Below, piece by piece: positions 53,313-64,000 of a stretch of DNA of 64,000 bases; positions within the stretch are counted from its first letter, which is position 1; each line of letters opens with the position of its first letter. A program made the position numbers and the translations under genes. Below the pieces are notes generated by a model. It was not told the DNA's origin. It was given only the letters and a program-made list of their open reading frames with translations, and did no database searches. The DNA is from Vicugna vicugna. Lineage: Eukaryota. The stretch spans positions 930,001 through 994,000 of the forward strand of contig MU062119.1 in NCBI GenBank assembly GCA_013265495.1, given 5' to 3'.

Positions 53313-53953
53313 ACTAGAAAATTTAGCAACTTGTATTTTTAGTCCTTGCATCTTTTGGGGTCAGTTTGATAGGACAGTAGGTTGGCTCACCCCCTTGAAA
53401 TTGTACCACGTCTCGCTGTTGGAAACACTGATGTAATTCAGAGAACTGGTAATCTGCTGTTGGAGTGCACCTCTCCAGGACTAGAAAATAAGAGACAGGG
53501 ATGAGAAGTGACCAGGCTCACCTATTTACTAGATGACATTAGGTTTCCCAACAGAAAATAACTGGTTTGGGTGGGAGTGTAAACTTTCTGCTTTCATACT
53601 TTCTCCAGAGACCATTATTCTGGTCTGAGTAGGGGAGGTTAGGAAGGAACAAGAAACAGAATATGAAGGACCTTGAGTAACTAGTCTAACTTTATAGGTT
53701 ACACTGTAGGGTTTTGATTATGTGTCACAGTAAAATTTGGGATTGCTGGAAAACTTGCTCATGGCACAACCAAGGGTGATCAGTATGATTACATGCAGAT
53801 GGAGGTTTTGGATAACATTATTTGACACCCAGAGAGAGTATCTGTTTGTCAATGCCTGGGAAATTCTTATCAAGTTGTCCTTCCAAGCCTGGAGCAGGGG
53901 GTGGGGGTCGGGCAAAGTCAACAAAGAAGCATGACAAAAAGAAGGGCAATCAT
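53313..53953 (-). pseudogene. env SU N-terminal fragment (copy 2)
   Basis: ATG at 53953; LTLPDPHPLLQAWKDNLIRISQALT. Truncated at the same point as copy 1. Confidence 0.75.
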
Positions 53954-54019
53954 GTTTCTAGTTCAATGTGTGGATTTAGAAGCATCAAGCAAGTAATCTA
54001 ACAAGTGAGCTACTCATCA

Positions 54020-56142
54020 CTTTTGGAGGCTGCCTTCTGAATAGCAACTTGAGACCTATCAGGGATTCACTTGTCCATTCGGAGACATCAGCGTTGGGAG
54101 CATGGAGCCAGGCAAGGTCGGGGTGACTACAGCCACGATGGTCTCCAACAGCATATTTTCAGTTCCCTATGAGGTTTCTGTAGATCGGCGGTGCCCCTGG
54201 GGATGCTTGTGGAGCTAACTTAACTCGAGTGTGATGAATCCACAGCTTGACTCATTTTTAATATCACTGAGGAATGGGTCACTACTAGCACCTCAAAGTC
54301 TGGTCCAGCAAGGATGGAGCTGGTTTTCTGGGTGCTCCTTTTTCTAAGACTCTGAGTAGGACCTAGTCTTCAGGACACAGTGGTGCAGAGGAGCATCTGT
54401 GGGAAACATCAATCTGCTAGAAGCAAACTTTTATAGAGCGTTAGAGTAGTTCCTAATGATGGTACATACCTGACAGTGTTTTGTTCCTTGATTCCAGTGC
54501 CTCCGGTCTCCTAAATCAAGTCTAGAATATAGAAATGGGCTATATAGGGGCTCAACTGAAGCCTGCTTCTAGGGGCCACTCTCACCCAAAGGAGGGTGCT
54601 GGTAAGGCTTTATCCCAAGGTAAATTTGTGTCTTGACAAATCTTAGCTAAAGTCCTTTTTAAGAGTGATTCATCTTCTTGCCAGGAGATTGCAATTGCCA
54701 AGAAGCGTGTAGTTTCCAACTGCTATCTGAGGCACCGAATGCTTGAGTTATTTTTGCCACAAAGGCTCAGCCACTGTCACCTTCAATAGACACAGGTATC
54801 CTTATGGCATTCCCAATCCAGTCTAGAGATTCACTGTCCCCTCCTTTAAGAGCTTTGTAAAGGCTTTAGCTATGAGTCCAAAGTATAAGGCGGCAGAACC
54901 CAGCTGGTCCCAGAACCTGCAACTGTTCCCTGGTAGTGAAAACTGCAGTCCTGGCTGGCGTGTCCCTTCTGTCAGGGGACAAGCTTCTCTATCCTTGTGA
55001 GAGTTTGAAACCCAAGTATTAAACAGAAGGCTGGGAGATGTGTGTCTATTTCTTAGATATCTGATAGCTTGGTTCAGCCAAAAAGTTCAAAGTCAGAACT
55101 GTATTCTAGTCAGAGGTGACCTTTGCTTTGCTGGCAATCAGAGTATCATTCCATTAAAGGTCCCTCAAGTCCTTTGCCAAGACTTTTCCCAAATATAGTG
55201 GGGGCACTTTCAAAATCCTGAGCAGGCACTGTCCAGCAGCACTGTTGTTTAACTCCTGTACCTAAATCTTCTCATTCGAAAGCAAGCACCTTGGGATTCA
55301 CAACTCAGGGGTACACAGAAAAAGGCATCTTTGAGACTTTCTGTTACCTTCACCATGGACTTCAAAGCAGTGAGCAGAGTGTATGGGTGATGGACAACTG
55401 GATGAGTATCTTTCACAATTTGATTAATTTCTCTCAATACAAATCATCTGTGCCTGGCTGCTACACTGGTAAAATCTAAGTTATCATAAGGCGACCAGCA
55501 GGAGTGCACCAAGTCATAGTCAAGGAAGGCTGTTGGCAGGGGCTGCGTCCCTTGCTCTGCCCCTTCCTTTAATGGGCACTGCCTTCAGCTTGGAACTTTG
55601 GCCCCAGGACAGTCTGACTGTATGGGCGTGGCTGTTCTTGCTCTCCCTTGCCTCTCCTTAGCACATACGTCTGGACCTACCTCCTGCAGGATCTCTTCTG
55701 GATGTGCTGAGGATATTCCTTTTGGGGTTGGAACAACTAACCCACAGTGCACAAGCCTGCTTGGGTGGTACCTTAATGCCCATTTGTCCTGGTACAAAGA
55801 TACACTTGGCAATTAATTTGGCTTATAATCTCTTCCTAGTAGAAGAATGGGATATTCAGGCATGTACAAAAAATGATGCTTTGGATGAATCTTCCCCATC
55901 TGACAGTCTGAGAGCTGGAGAAAGGGCTTTTTCAGGGTTTCTCTGGACATGTTACTAACATAGTCTCAGAAGAAAGTTCAGAAAATGAAGTATTCAAAAC
56001 CAAGTAAGTGGCTCCCATATTGATCAGAAAGTCCAAAGTTCATTTCCCAACCTTGTCATCACCTGGGGCTCTGTGTGGGAAATACTGAGGGACTCAGAGG
56101 GATTTAAAGAACCCCTGGGCCCCATTATTCCTGGTCATTGTC
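54020..56142 (-). pseudogene. pro-pol pseudogene (copy 2); RNase H to IN-N deleted near 54810; YVDD motif damaged near 55140-55160
   Basis: RT thumb 'GFCR...LYKAL...ESLDW' joins directly to IN core 'IP.SIEGDSG'. 'LRDL*WND TLIAS' lacks an intact Y-x-D-D. Confidence 0.8.
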
Positions 56143-57615
56143 ATTCTCAATCAGCTCAGACATGTGTTATTTCCCCCTAGTTCACCTCCCTCGTGAGCCT
56201 CACTCAAGATAAGACACTCTCTTCCAGCGTGACTTCTGTTAGCACATTGGGCAGGGTCCCCCCACTGCTGGGTGTCTCTTGTGGGTGGAAGCTTGGGTCA
56301 GGGGCCTCCTGCATGTGCCGGGTCCCTCCTGGGGACCTCAGTGTGGTCTGGCTCTTCCCTGTGTCCAGGCAGCCGAGTGGCCTGTTTCATCTTTCGTTGC
56401 TCCTTTTCACTCCTGAACCTGACCTGTCATGGGAAACTTTAAAGGCAGTTTCTACCAGTTGAGACCCAGGCTTCCCCAAGACCCCTCTCCCCCTGTCACT
56501 TCCTCTGTATGTCAGGGGGGCTCTGACCATGAAACATATTGAAGTTCTCTGGTGCCTTAGGATATGCATCAGTGTGTTTCCCGTAGGCCTCAAAGACCCC
56601 TTTGAGAAACTCTGAAGGATCTTCGTTTGGTTTGTTTTCTTCCTGCACTTTTCACAGCTTCATTATTTGAGGCACTGTAGTCCTGCAAGAATACAGTCTC
56701 AAGAATCATGTTCAAATTTCAGTCTACCACGTGCATTCACACCCCAGTTAGGCCCCATTCGGTGCAGCTGCGCCTGCTGCAGCCTGCACCGGGTTGCCAG
56801 GGGTGTCTGCATGAAGCCGATCTGCCACCTCCATAGTTTTTTTCCTAGCACCATTCTTCTGAAATAAGGAAGGTGATTAAGTAAATTGCTAACATCTGCC
56901 CAGATTGGGTTGTCGGTAGAAAAGATGTTTTTATTCTCGATGAATTGGAAGGATGATATGCCAACATAACAAATCTGAAGTTGAAAAAGGGGGAATGGAC
57001 TCAGGTCAATTCCATCAACTGCCCAGCCTTAGAGCTGAGGCCTCCTATGGGACTTGCCTTAATGGCTATTGCCCTGCCTGGTTCTGGGTAGCTCCTTGGC
57101 CAAACCAGGACCCTGATAGGTGTGAAATGGGGAGAACATTCCTATTTCCTGACCCTCAGGGACTCGGGGAACCTGAGCCTGAGGTTGTGATGGAGATTCA
57201 GCCATATGTGGGTGGAGGAGCAATCAAGAGTATTCAACTGAAGTGATAGTAAATCATCCTCCTTTTCATTAGAATCAGACAAAACATTGTTTTGCCTTTC
57301 CTTTTTTTCTGGACCACAGTCATACTTTGCACAGGTTTATGCTGGTATAAGAACATAAAACACAGAACACAAGGTTTTTCACACCATTTTTCTTTCCATT
57401 TACAAGGTACATCTAATTGTAAAATTGTATTATAATTTAAGGATCATTTTTCAGGCCATTTTTTTCCTCAAGTCTAACACCTATCGTGTCCAAGTGGTGT
57501 TATGAAAAAAAAATAGTACCTTTTTCATTTACATGGGTTGATAACTAAAAGTTGCCCAATTCTGGAGAATGTAACCTAGAAGGCTGCAAGGGAGAATGGA
57601 ATTAACACTTCTCAG
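56143..57615 (-). pseudogene. gag pseudogene (copy 2)
   Basis: Homologous to 14955-16457. The start codon is mutated, and there are stops and frameshifts. Confidence 0.8.
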
Positions 57616-58437
57616 TTTGGAAGGTTTTATTTTCCCCTGCGGCTGCAGTAAACGCTACCCAGGCAGACCCTCAGAAAGGCTTTGTTTGTACAAATTATCC
57701 AGTGTCGACAAAGTTTGGGGAAGTAATCTCCAGGTGAGCAGCTGATGCCACTTTTGTCAGGAATGATGAAGGCCTGGAAAGACTGCTCTTTTAAAAGAGG
57801 GTCCCTAGAAAGTTGTTACATGTCATGGGCAGACATGCCAACACTTCTGTCCCCAGTCACCTGGAATTTCCCAAGAAACTGGAGGGAACAGTGCCCCTTT
57901 TCTTCAGAGTCAAGGAACCCTCCTAGGTTAATTCCTAAGGGACTTTTATTACAGTCACCAAGGAATTTGGCCCCTAAATAGCCAATTCTGAATAATCAGA
58001 ATGACAGAGACAGACAAAGCCAACCCCCAGGTTTGAGAACCTTAGCAGCTCCCGCTTTTCATGGTTTCTTGCAAAGGGTGGACCTCTAACCCATCACCCT
58101 GGCCTTGGGACTCCAAGCCAAGGGTCTGGATCTAGCCTGACTAAAATCTGCCCAAGGTGGGAGTCTAAACCACAATCTTGACCAGATTATTAGACAACTT
58201 AGGCACAGGTAAGTTTTAACAAGGTTACTCACCCAAGGAAATCTTCCAAACCCGGGAACTATTTCTCAGCTGCAGAGGGAAACCATGCACCAAAGGTCGG
58301 CACCTCTGCACTGGGAACATCCTGGGGAGAGCTCTGGGGACAGGTGATCCCCACCTGACGCTTCTGTTATTTGTCCCCAGGCTCCCAGGACTAGCTAGGG
58401 GCCAATAAACCATGGCAAAAATCTGTCTGGACTTATT

Positions 58438-58455
58438 CTGCTGGCTGGCTCACAA
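58438..58455 (-). promoter_or_regulatory. Primer-binding site, tRNA-Arg(ACG)-like
   Basis: The minus strand reads TTGTGAGCCAGCCAGCAG versus the canonical TGGCGAGCCAGCCAGGAG (15/18; one difference is a CpG decay). It lies 3 nt from the LTR end. Confidence 0.8.
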
Positions 58456-58458
58456 ATA

Positions 58459-59200
58459 TGTTACCAAACCAGGTTCATGTACCAGAGTAGTGGCAAGTCA
58501 CATGCCGAAAGTAGAGGTTGGCAGCTGAGAAAAGTTTCATTTAGGAGGCAGCCAAGTGAGACGACACAAAAACAAATCTCAACTTCACTCCCAGCCCTGA
58601 AGATAGGGTTCAGCGAACTTCATGGAGTGAAGGAGCAAGGGAGTCTGAGGCATGGGGAAAGGTGACTGGAGGTAAGAAAAGTGAGGTAATTGGTGGTCCG
58701 TTGTAAGATTAGTTGAGTTTCACAGCTCCTCATAGGACACAAGTTCAGAAAATGGTTGTTAGTGTGTTCTGAGGGTGGAGTTTGGGCCCCCTGACATCAA
58801 AAGGTCATGAATCAGACACTCAGGCCCGGTTGAGTGGCAAATGGTCTCAACCAGTTTGAACTGGGCAAGACTTAGCTCCAAGTTCCTGAAAAACGACTTA
58901 AGCAACAGTCACTATAGTGAACCATATGTCAGACGTTCCTGTAAGAAAGCTAATGGGAGCTGAGTTTAAAGTCAACTAAAAGCAAGAGAGGCAGGTTAGG
59001 GTTGGCAGGTTAGCCCTGGGTTTCAATGCCGCCTTGTTTCTGTTCATTCCTTATTCTTGAGCGATTCAGGGAAACGGCCCCTGTGGCTGCTTCCTGATAG
59101 CAAAGGGCTTAGGCCAGACAAGGGCTTGAGGAACAAAACTGTACAGTGTTCATTTGGAAATAGTTTCCGGTTTCTGGTTTCATGTTAACAGTTTATATTA
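58459..59200 (-). mobile_element. Class I LTR (MER4-group-like), shared between proviral copies 2 and 3
   Basis: Ends ...GGTAACA at 58459 on the minus strand, next to the PBS. The other end (59190-59209) adjoins a degenerate PPT 'aaaagaggcacaa' (59210-59222) and the end of env. Confidence 0.8.
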
Positions 59201-60583
59201 TTAGAATTATTGTGCCTCTTTTAACAGCCTCAGGATATTTAAGAGCACGTTTTATAAGCAAATGCCCAACTAAAATTTTGGATGAGAAATACAGATAACC
59301 CAAGCTTTGATGGTCCCTGAATAATACATCTCTTCCCTTGGGGAATCCAGGAGATTCCCAGTCTGAAAACCAGTCTGGACCTGACACTTCTGGGTATACT
59401 TGTTGCCGAGTGCCTTGTTGCCTTATTTTGCCTACATGGGTTTCTACTTTAGAAGAAACATTAATATATGTGTGATAGGAGGTATCAGGAGCAACAGCAA
59501 CTCTGCCTCGTCCAGCCAGGATGTCTAGGACTACCTTTCTCATGAGTCATTGCCTTCTGTTGGGCAGCTGCAGCTAAGGATGCTTCATGTGCTATTATGC
59601 CGAGGGTAATGGAAACATTCCTAATCCTATGCTTGTCTGATCTGACTCCCCGCCATGGTGAAAGCACTCTACTGAGCGTGTACCCAAAGCCGTCCTCTTG
59701 ACTCACAGGCAAGTAGGCAGCCCTGCTTATTCTGGAGAATGACGGGAAGGAACTAGTCCAATGCTGAGTCTCACTGGAGTCGTGGAAAGAAAAGGGAGTG
59801 ACTAAGTCTACAAGGAAGGAGCCTCCAATTCTCCAACTGTCGAAATGCGTCCAGGCCCAAGGTTGCCCCTGGGACTACAAAGGCATGTTCCTGCAGGGGC
59901 GCACGGAATGCCAGACGTATTCTGGAAGATGAATGTCTCATTCACGGGGAGACCGCCTGGAACTTGATCAAGCTAGGGGGTCAGTATGAGGCAGAACCCA
60001 TGAGGAATAGTTTACAGCTTGATAAGGGAGCTGGTTGGACCATTCTTTGAAAACCTACCAAGTCTTGCTTTTGGAAACCTTGATATCATTCAGAGAACCA
60101 GGAACCTGATGTTAGGTGCACCACTGGGGGGCTAGAATATAAGAAGCCGGAGGTAAGGGGGAGAGAGATGAGTAATGCCACTTAGTAAACAGACAAGCCT
60201 AGATTTTCCATCAGGAAAAGTCTGCTTTTGGTGCGAGTAAGTCTGTGTTCACATTTTTACCCAGAGACCATTATAGTGGTCTAGGGGGAGAGGGTGGTTA
60301 GGAATAATTGGGGAAGGGAAGATGAAGGCCCTTGACTAACCATTCTAACTTTATAAGTTATACTTTGTAAAGGCTTTTGATTATATGTCACCATAAAGTT
60401 AAGGATGCTCAAAGCACAAAAAAAGTGGTCAGTATGAAGGTTTTGGATGACATATCCAACAGCTAGAGACACTACCTCTCTTTGCCACCACCCCACCACG
60501 CCAGCATGGAAGGACAATTCAATGATTAGAACTTCCCAAGCTTTGGCAAAGTCAACCAGGAAGCATAACAAAAAGGGCATCAT
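59193..60583 (-). pseudogene. Near full-length gamma-type env pseudogene (copy 3)
   Basis: ATG at 60583; CWIC at 60450-60461; PCAPAGT; R-I-S-R cleavage-like site at 59722-59733; heptad 'IRNVSITL...AQQKAM'; 'RKVVLDILA...TYINVSSKVETHVGKIRQQ'; degenerate membrane anchor. Confidence 0.85.
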
Positions 60584-60661
60584 ATTTCTAGTTCAGTGTG
60601 TGGATGATTTAGAAGTCAGTCAAGTAATCTAATAAGTGGTTACTGTAGGAGACTGCCTTCT

Positions 60662-62147
60662 TTTTTTTTTTTTTTTTAAATTTTTTTTGATTCATAATCC
60701 TTTTTCTGTGTTGTTTCAATTTCCAGTTTTCANNNNNNNNNNNNNNNNNNNNNNNNNNNNNNNNNNNNNNNNNNNNNNNNNNNNNNNNNNNNNNNNNNNN
60801 NNNNNNNNNNNNNNNNNNNNNNNNNNNNNNNNNNNNNNNNNNNNNNNNNNNNNNNNNNNNNNNNNNNNNNNNNNNNNNNNNNNNNNNNNNNNNNNNNNNN
60901 NNNNNNNNNNNNNNNNNNNNNNNNNNNNNNNNNNNNNNNNNNNNNNNNNNNNNNNNNNNNNNNNNNNNNNNNNNNNNNNNNNNNNNNNNNNNNNNNNNNN
61001 NNNNNNNNNNNNNNNNNNNNNNNNNNNNNNNNNNNNNNNNNNNNNNNNNNNNNNNNNNNNNNNNNNNNNNNNNNNNNNNNNNNNNNNNNNNNNNNNNNNN
61101 NNNNNNNNNNNNNNNNNNNNNNNNNNNNNNNNNNNNNNNNNNNNNNNNNNNNNNNNNNNNNNNNNNNNNNNNNNNNNNNNNNNNNNNNNNNNNNNNNNNN
61201 NNNNNNNNNNNNNNNNNNNNNNNNNNNNNNNNNNNNNNNNNNNNNNNNNNNNNNNNNNNNNNNNNNNNNNNNNNNNNNNNNNNNNNNNNNNNNNNNNNNN
61301 NNNNNNNNNNNNNNNNNNNNNNNNNNNNNNNNNNNNNNNNNNNNNNNNNNNNNNNNNNNNNNNNNNNNNNNNNNNNNNNNNNNNNNNNNNNNNNNNNNNN
61401 NNNNNNNNNNNNNNNNNNNNNNNNNNNNNNNNNNNNNNNNNNNNNNNNNNNNNNNNNNNNNNNNNNNNNNNNNNNNNNNNNNNNNNNNNNNNNNNNNNNN
61501 NNNNNNNNNNNNNNNNNNNNNNNNNNNNNNNNNNNNNNNNNNNNNNNNNNNNNNNNNNNNNNNNNNNNNNNNNNNNNNNNNNNNNNNNNNNNNNNNNNNN
61601 NNNNNNNNNNNNNNNNNNNNNNNNNNNNNNNNNNNNNNNNNNNNNNNNNNNNNNNNNNNNNNNNNNNNNNNNNNNNNNNNNNNNNNNNNNNNNNNNNNNN
61701 NNNNNNNNNNNNNNNNNNNNNNNNNTTTGAAATGTATGTCAGATAATGTTTTGCCTATGTTTTCCTCTAGGAGGTTTATTGTATCTTGTCTTATGTTTAA
61801 GTCTTTAATCCATTTTGAGTTGATTTTTGTATATGGTGTAAGGGTGTGTTCTAGCTTCATTGTTTTACATGCTGCTGTCCAGTTTTCCCAACACCATTTG
61901 CTGAAGAGACTGTCTTTATTCCATTGTATATTCTTGCCTCCTTTGTCGAAGATGAGTTGACCAAAAGTTTGTGGGTTCATTTCTGGGCTCTCTATTCTGT
62001 TCCATTGGTCTATATGTCTGTTTTGGTACCAATACCATGCTGTCTTGATGACTGTAGCTCTATAGTATTGTCTGAAGTCTGGGAGAGTTATTCCTCCAGC
62101 CTCATTCTTTCTCTTCAGTAATGCTTTAGCAATTCTAGGTCTTTGAT
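60662..62147 (-). mobile_element. 5'-truncated young L1 with a perfect 14-bp TSD
   Basis: ORF2 peptide [34 protein letters not shown]. Poly(A) appears as T tract at 60661-60677. TSD GGAGACTGCCTTCT at 60648-60661 and 62148-62161. Confidence 0.95.
60733..61726. other. Assembly gap (994 N) inside L1
   Basis: N run. Confidence 1.
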
Positions 62148-64000
62148 GGAGACTGCCTTCTGAATAGCACTTGAAGACCTATCACGGATTCAACGCTCCA
62201 TTTAGAGGTCAGTGTCTGGGTGTGGAGCCAGCCAAGGTTAGGCGACCATGGTCATGATGGTCTCTGACATCATGGTTGCCATTCCTTGCAAGGTTTCTGT
62301 AGATAGGACTTGGTGATCCTGAGGATCCTTGTGGAATCAACTTGAATGTGATGAATTTAGATCTATGTCTTGACTCATTTTTTAATATCACTGAAGAATG
62401 GGTCACTAGTAACAGCTCAAATTCTGGTCCAGTGAGGATAGAGCTGGTATTCTGTATGCTCCTTTTTCTAACATTTTCAGGAGGACCAGACTCCAGGACA
62501 GATATTGTGCAGAGAAGCTTCAGAGGAAAACATCAACCTGCTAGAAGCAAATTTATAAAGGGCAGTTAGAGGAGCTCCCAATGATGGTACATACTTGTCA
62601 GTGTCTTGTTCCTTGATTCCAGTTCTCTTGGGTCTCCTAAATCATTTCTAGAACATAGAGAGGGGCTACCATATAACATTTCACTGGGGATCCATTAGAG
62701 ATTACCTTTAGGGGCTACCCTCACCCGGAGCAGGGAACTTAAGAATTATTCCTTTTTGTAAGGCTTTAACAATCTCAGAATCCTTTTTGGACTGGTAGGA
62801 AAAGCTTCTACCCAACCAGTGAAACTGTCCACATATACGAGTAAGTACCTAAAATTCCAAGTGTTTCTCCACATCACAGTGAAATCAATCAGCCAGTCTT
62901 CTCCAGGTCTAGTGCCTCGGGTCTGAACTCCTCTGGTTACTTGAGGTGGCCCAGTTTCTGGGTTGTTTCTAGCTCATACCATACATTTCTGTATTACTTT
63001 TGAACAGTCTTTTTGTTTATGTGGTCCTATAATGAATTTCTGAATCTAGTAGAGGGTGGCATCCTTCCCCTAGTGTGTGCTCTGGTGTATATGATTTATT
63101 ACACCCTCCAGAAGATACTCAGGTACAGGGACATGTCCATTATAAATCCATCCTTCCTTGGTGTACCTATAGTGGGTGTCCTGAGGATGGTCAGGACTTT
63201 AGTCAAATCCCCATTCACTGGCCCTTTCTAAGTCCTCAAGAGTATACTGCAGATAGTATCTTGATGAATCCACTTCAAGAATCAGAGCCAACAAAGGAAT
63301 CTATGTGTTTTGATCTTAGCCGCTAGCATCCTGGCCTGATTGGCTTGATTTTTCCCTCAAGCAGTCAGTCTGATTTCTGGTGCCCTGGGCCATGGACAGT
63401 GACCAGTTTTTTTTGGCTCCATGACAGCTTCTAATAAGTTTAAAATTTCTTTGGCATGTTTAAGTTCTTTCTTCCCTGCAGTTAACAGTCCTCTCTCTAT
63501 CCAAATGGCTCCATGGGTGTGGACCACTGAAAAGATGTATTTGAAATCAAGAAAATAATTACTCTCTCATCCTTATCCATATGGAGGGCTCTGGTCAGTG
63601 CTACAAGTTGAGCCTTCTGTGTGGAGGTACCTGTGTGGGGATTCTGCTTCCAGTGTCTATGGATGGGTCACCACCAAACGCCCAGCTTTGCATTTTCCCT
63701 GGTCCATGAAGCTGCTCCCAATTGTGAACATCTCAAAGTCTTAAGTCTCTAATGGCAAGTCCCTCTGTTCAGGGCAGCTAGAATAGACCTATTCAATTAT
63801 GTGAATAGAATCATGTACAGGTTCTTCAAAACTAGTGGGAAAAAGTGTATCTAGGATTAAGGTTGTGGCTGCCTTCAAAGTGACCTTAGGGTTATCCAGT
63901 AATATATATAGCCTGGTGTTTTCCTAATCTTCCTGAGACTGACCATTATCCTCCTTTCTGTTCTAAGAGGGAAAGCACACAGCAAGGGTTATGCACAGTG

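Larger units (their letters stand above)
53313..58458 (-). mobile_element. Class I ERV provirus copy 2 (PBS-leader-gag-pro-pol-env 5' part)
   Basis: gag MA 'QNWATFSYQPM...NYNTILQLD', RT 'REINQIVKDTHPVV...LKDAFFCVPL' and IN 'AFVAKITQ...LKRTLAKICQDTNLPWDKAL'. Env fragment at 53313-53953. Confidence 0.9.
59210..64000 (-). mobile_element. Class I ERV provirus copy 3 (pol 3' half and env; continues beyond window)
   Basis: RNase H/IN homologous to copy 1 at 63160-64000. IN 'RPGEDWLIDFT...YLLVYVDSFTGWVEAFP' at 62790-62920. Confidence 0.9.

Noticed and set aside
60636-61980. 364-aa and 416-aa ORFs
   Set aside because: They consist mostly of X from the 994-N gap. Only 61727-62147 is real L1 ORF2 sequence.
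53313-64000. Functional or domesticated retroviral gene
   Set aside because: All gag, pol and env copies have stops, frameshifts and deletions of catalytic motifs (RT YxDD, IN core, ISD).

Overview
This is mammalian genomic DNA, probably camelid judging from the young L1 3' ends (moderate confidence, from pattern memory). I find no host protein-coding gene, no RNA gene and no intact ORF. The window is almost entirely decayed LTR-retroelement sequence that has been duplicated locally many times. (1) There are three minus-strand copies of one class I (gamma-like) provirus: copy 1 at 10.9-16.8 kb, copy 2 at 53.3-58.5 kb and copy 3 at 59.2->64 kb. Copies 2 and 3 lie head-to-tail and share a single LTR (58.46-59.2 kb), which carries env/PPT on one side and a tRNA-Arg PBS plus gag on the other. 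Copy 3 has a near full-length decayed env containing a 58-bp micro-inversion. (2) A ~5.8-kb nested mosaic (MER21-like LTR, ERVL-int, MIR, LTR33-like, MaLR-int, LTR16-like) is duplicated about 20.9 kb apart. (3) A composite unit anchored on an ERVL|L2 junction, with a core I cannot assign to any TE, is present in five full or partial copies. (4) There are several L1 insertions, one with a likely 3' transduction and target-site deletion. Most elements are on the minus strand. Repeat-family names come from recalled consensus motifs, most boundaries are approximate (tens of bp), and identities were judged by eye. All of this needs RepeatMasker/Dfam and a self-alignment. The two long ORFs at 60.6-62.0 kb are artefacts of an N gap.
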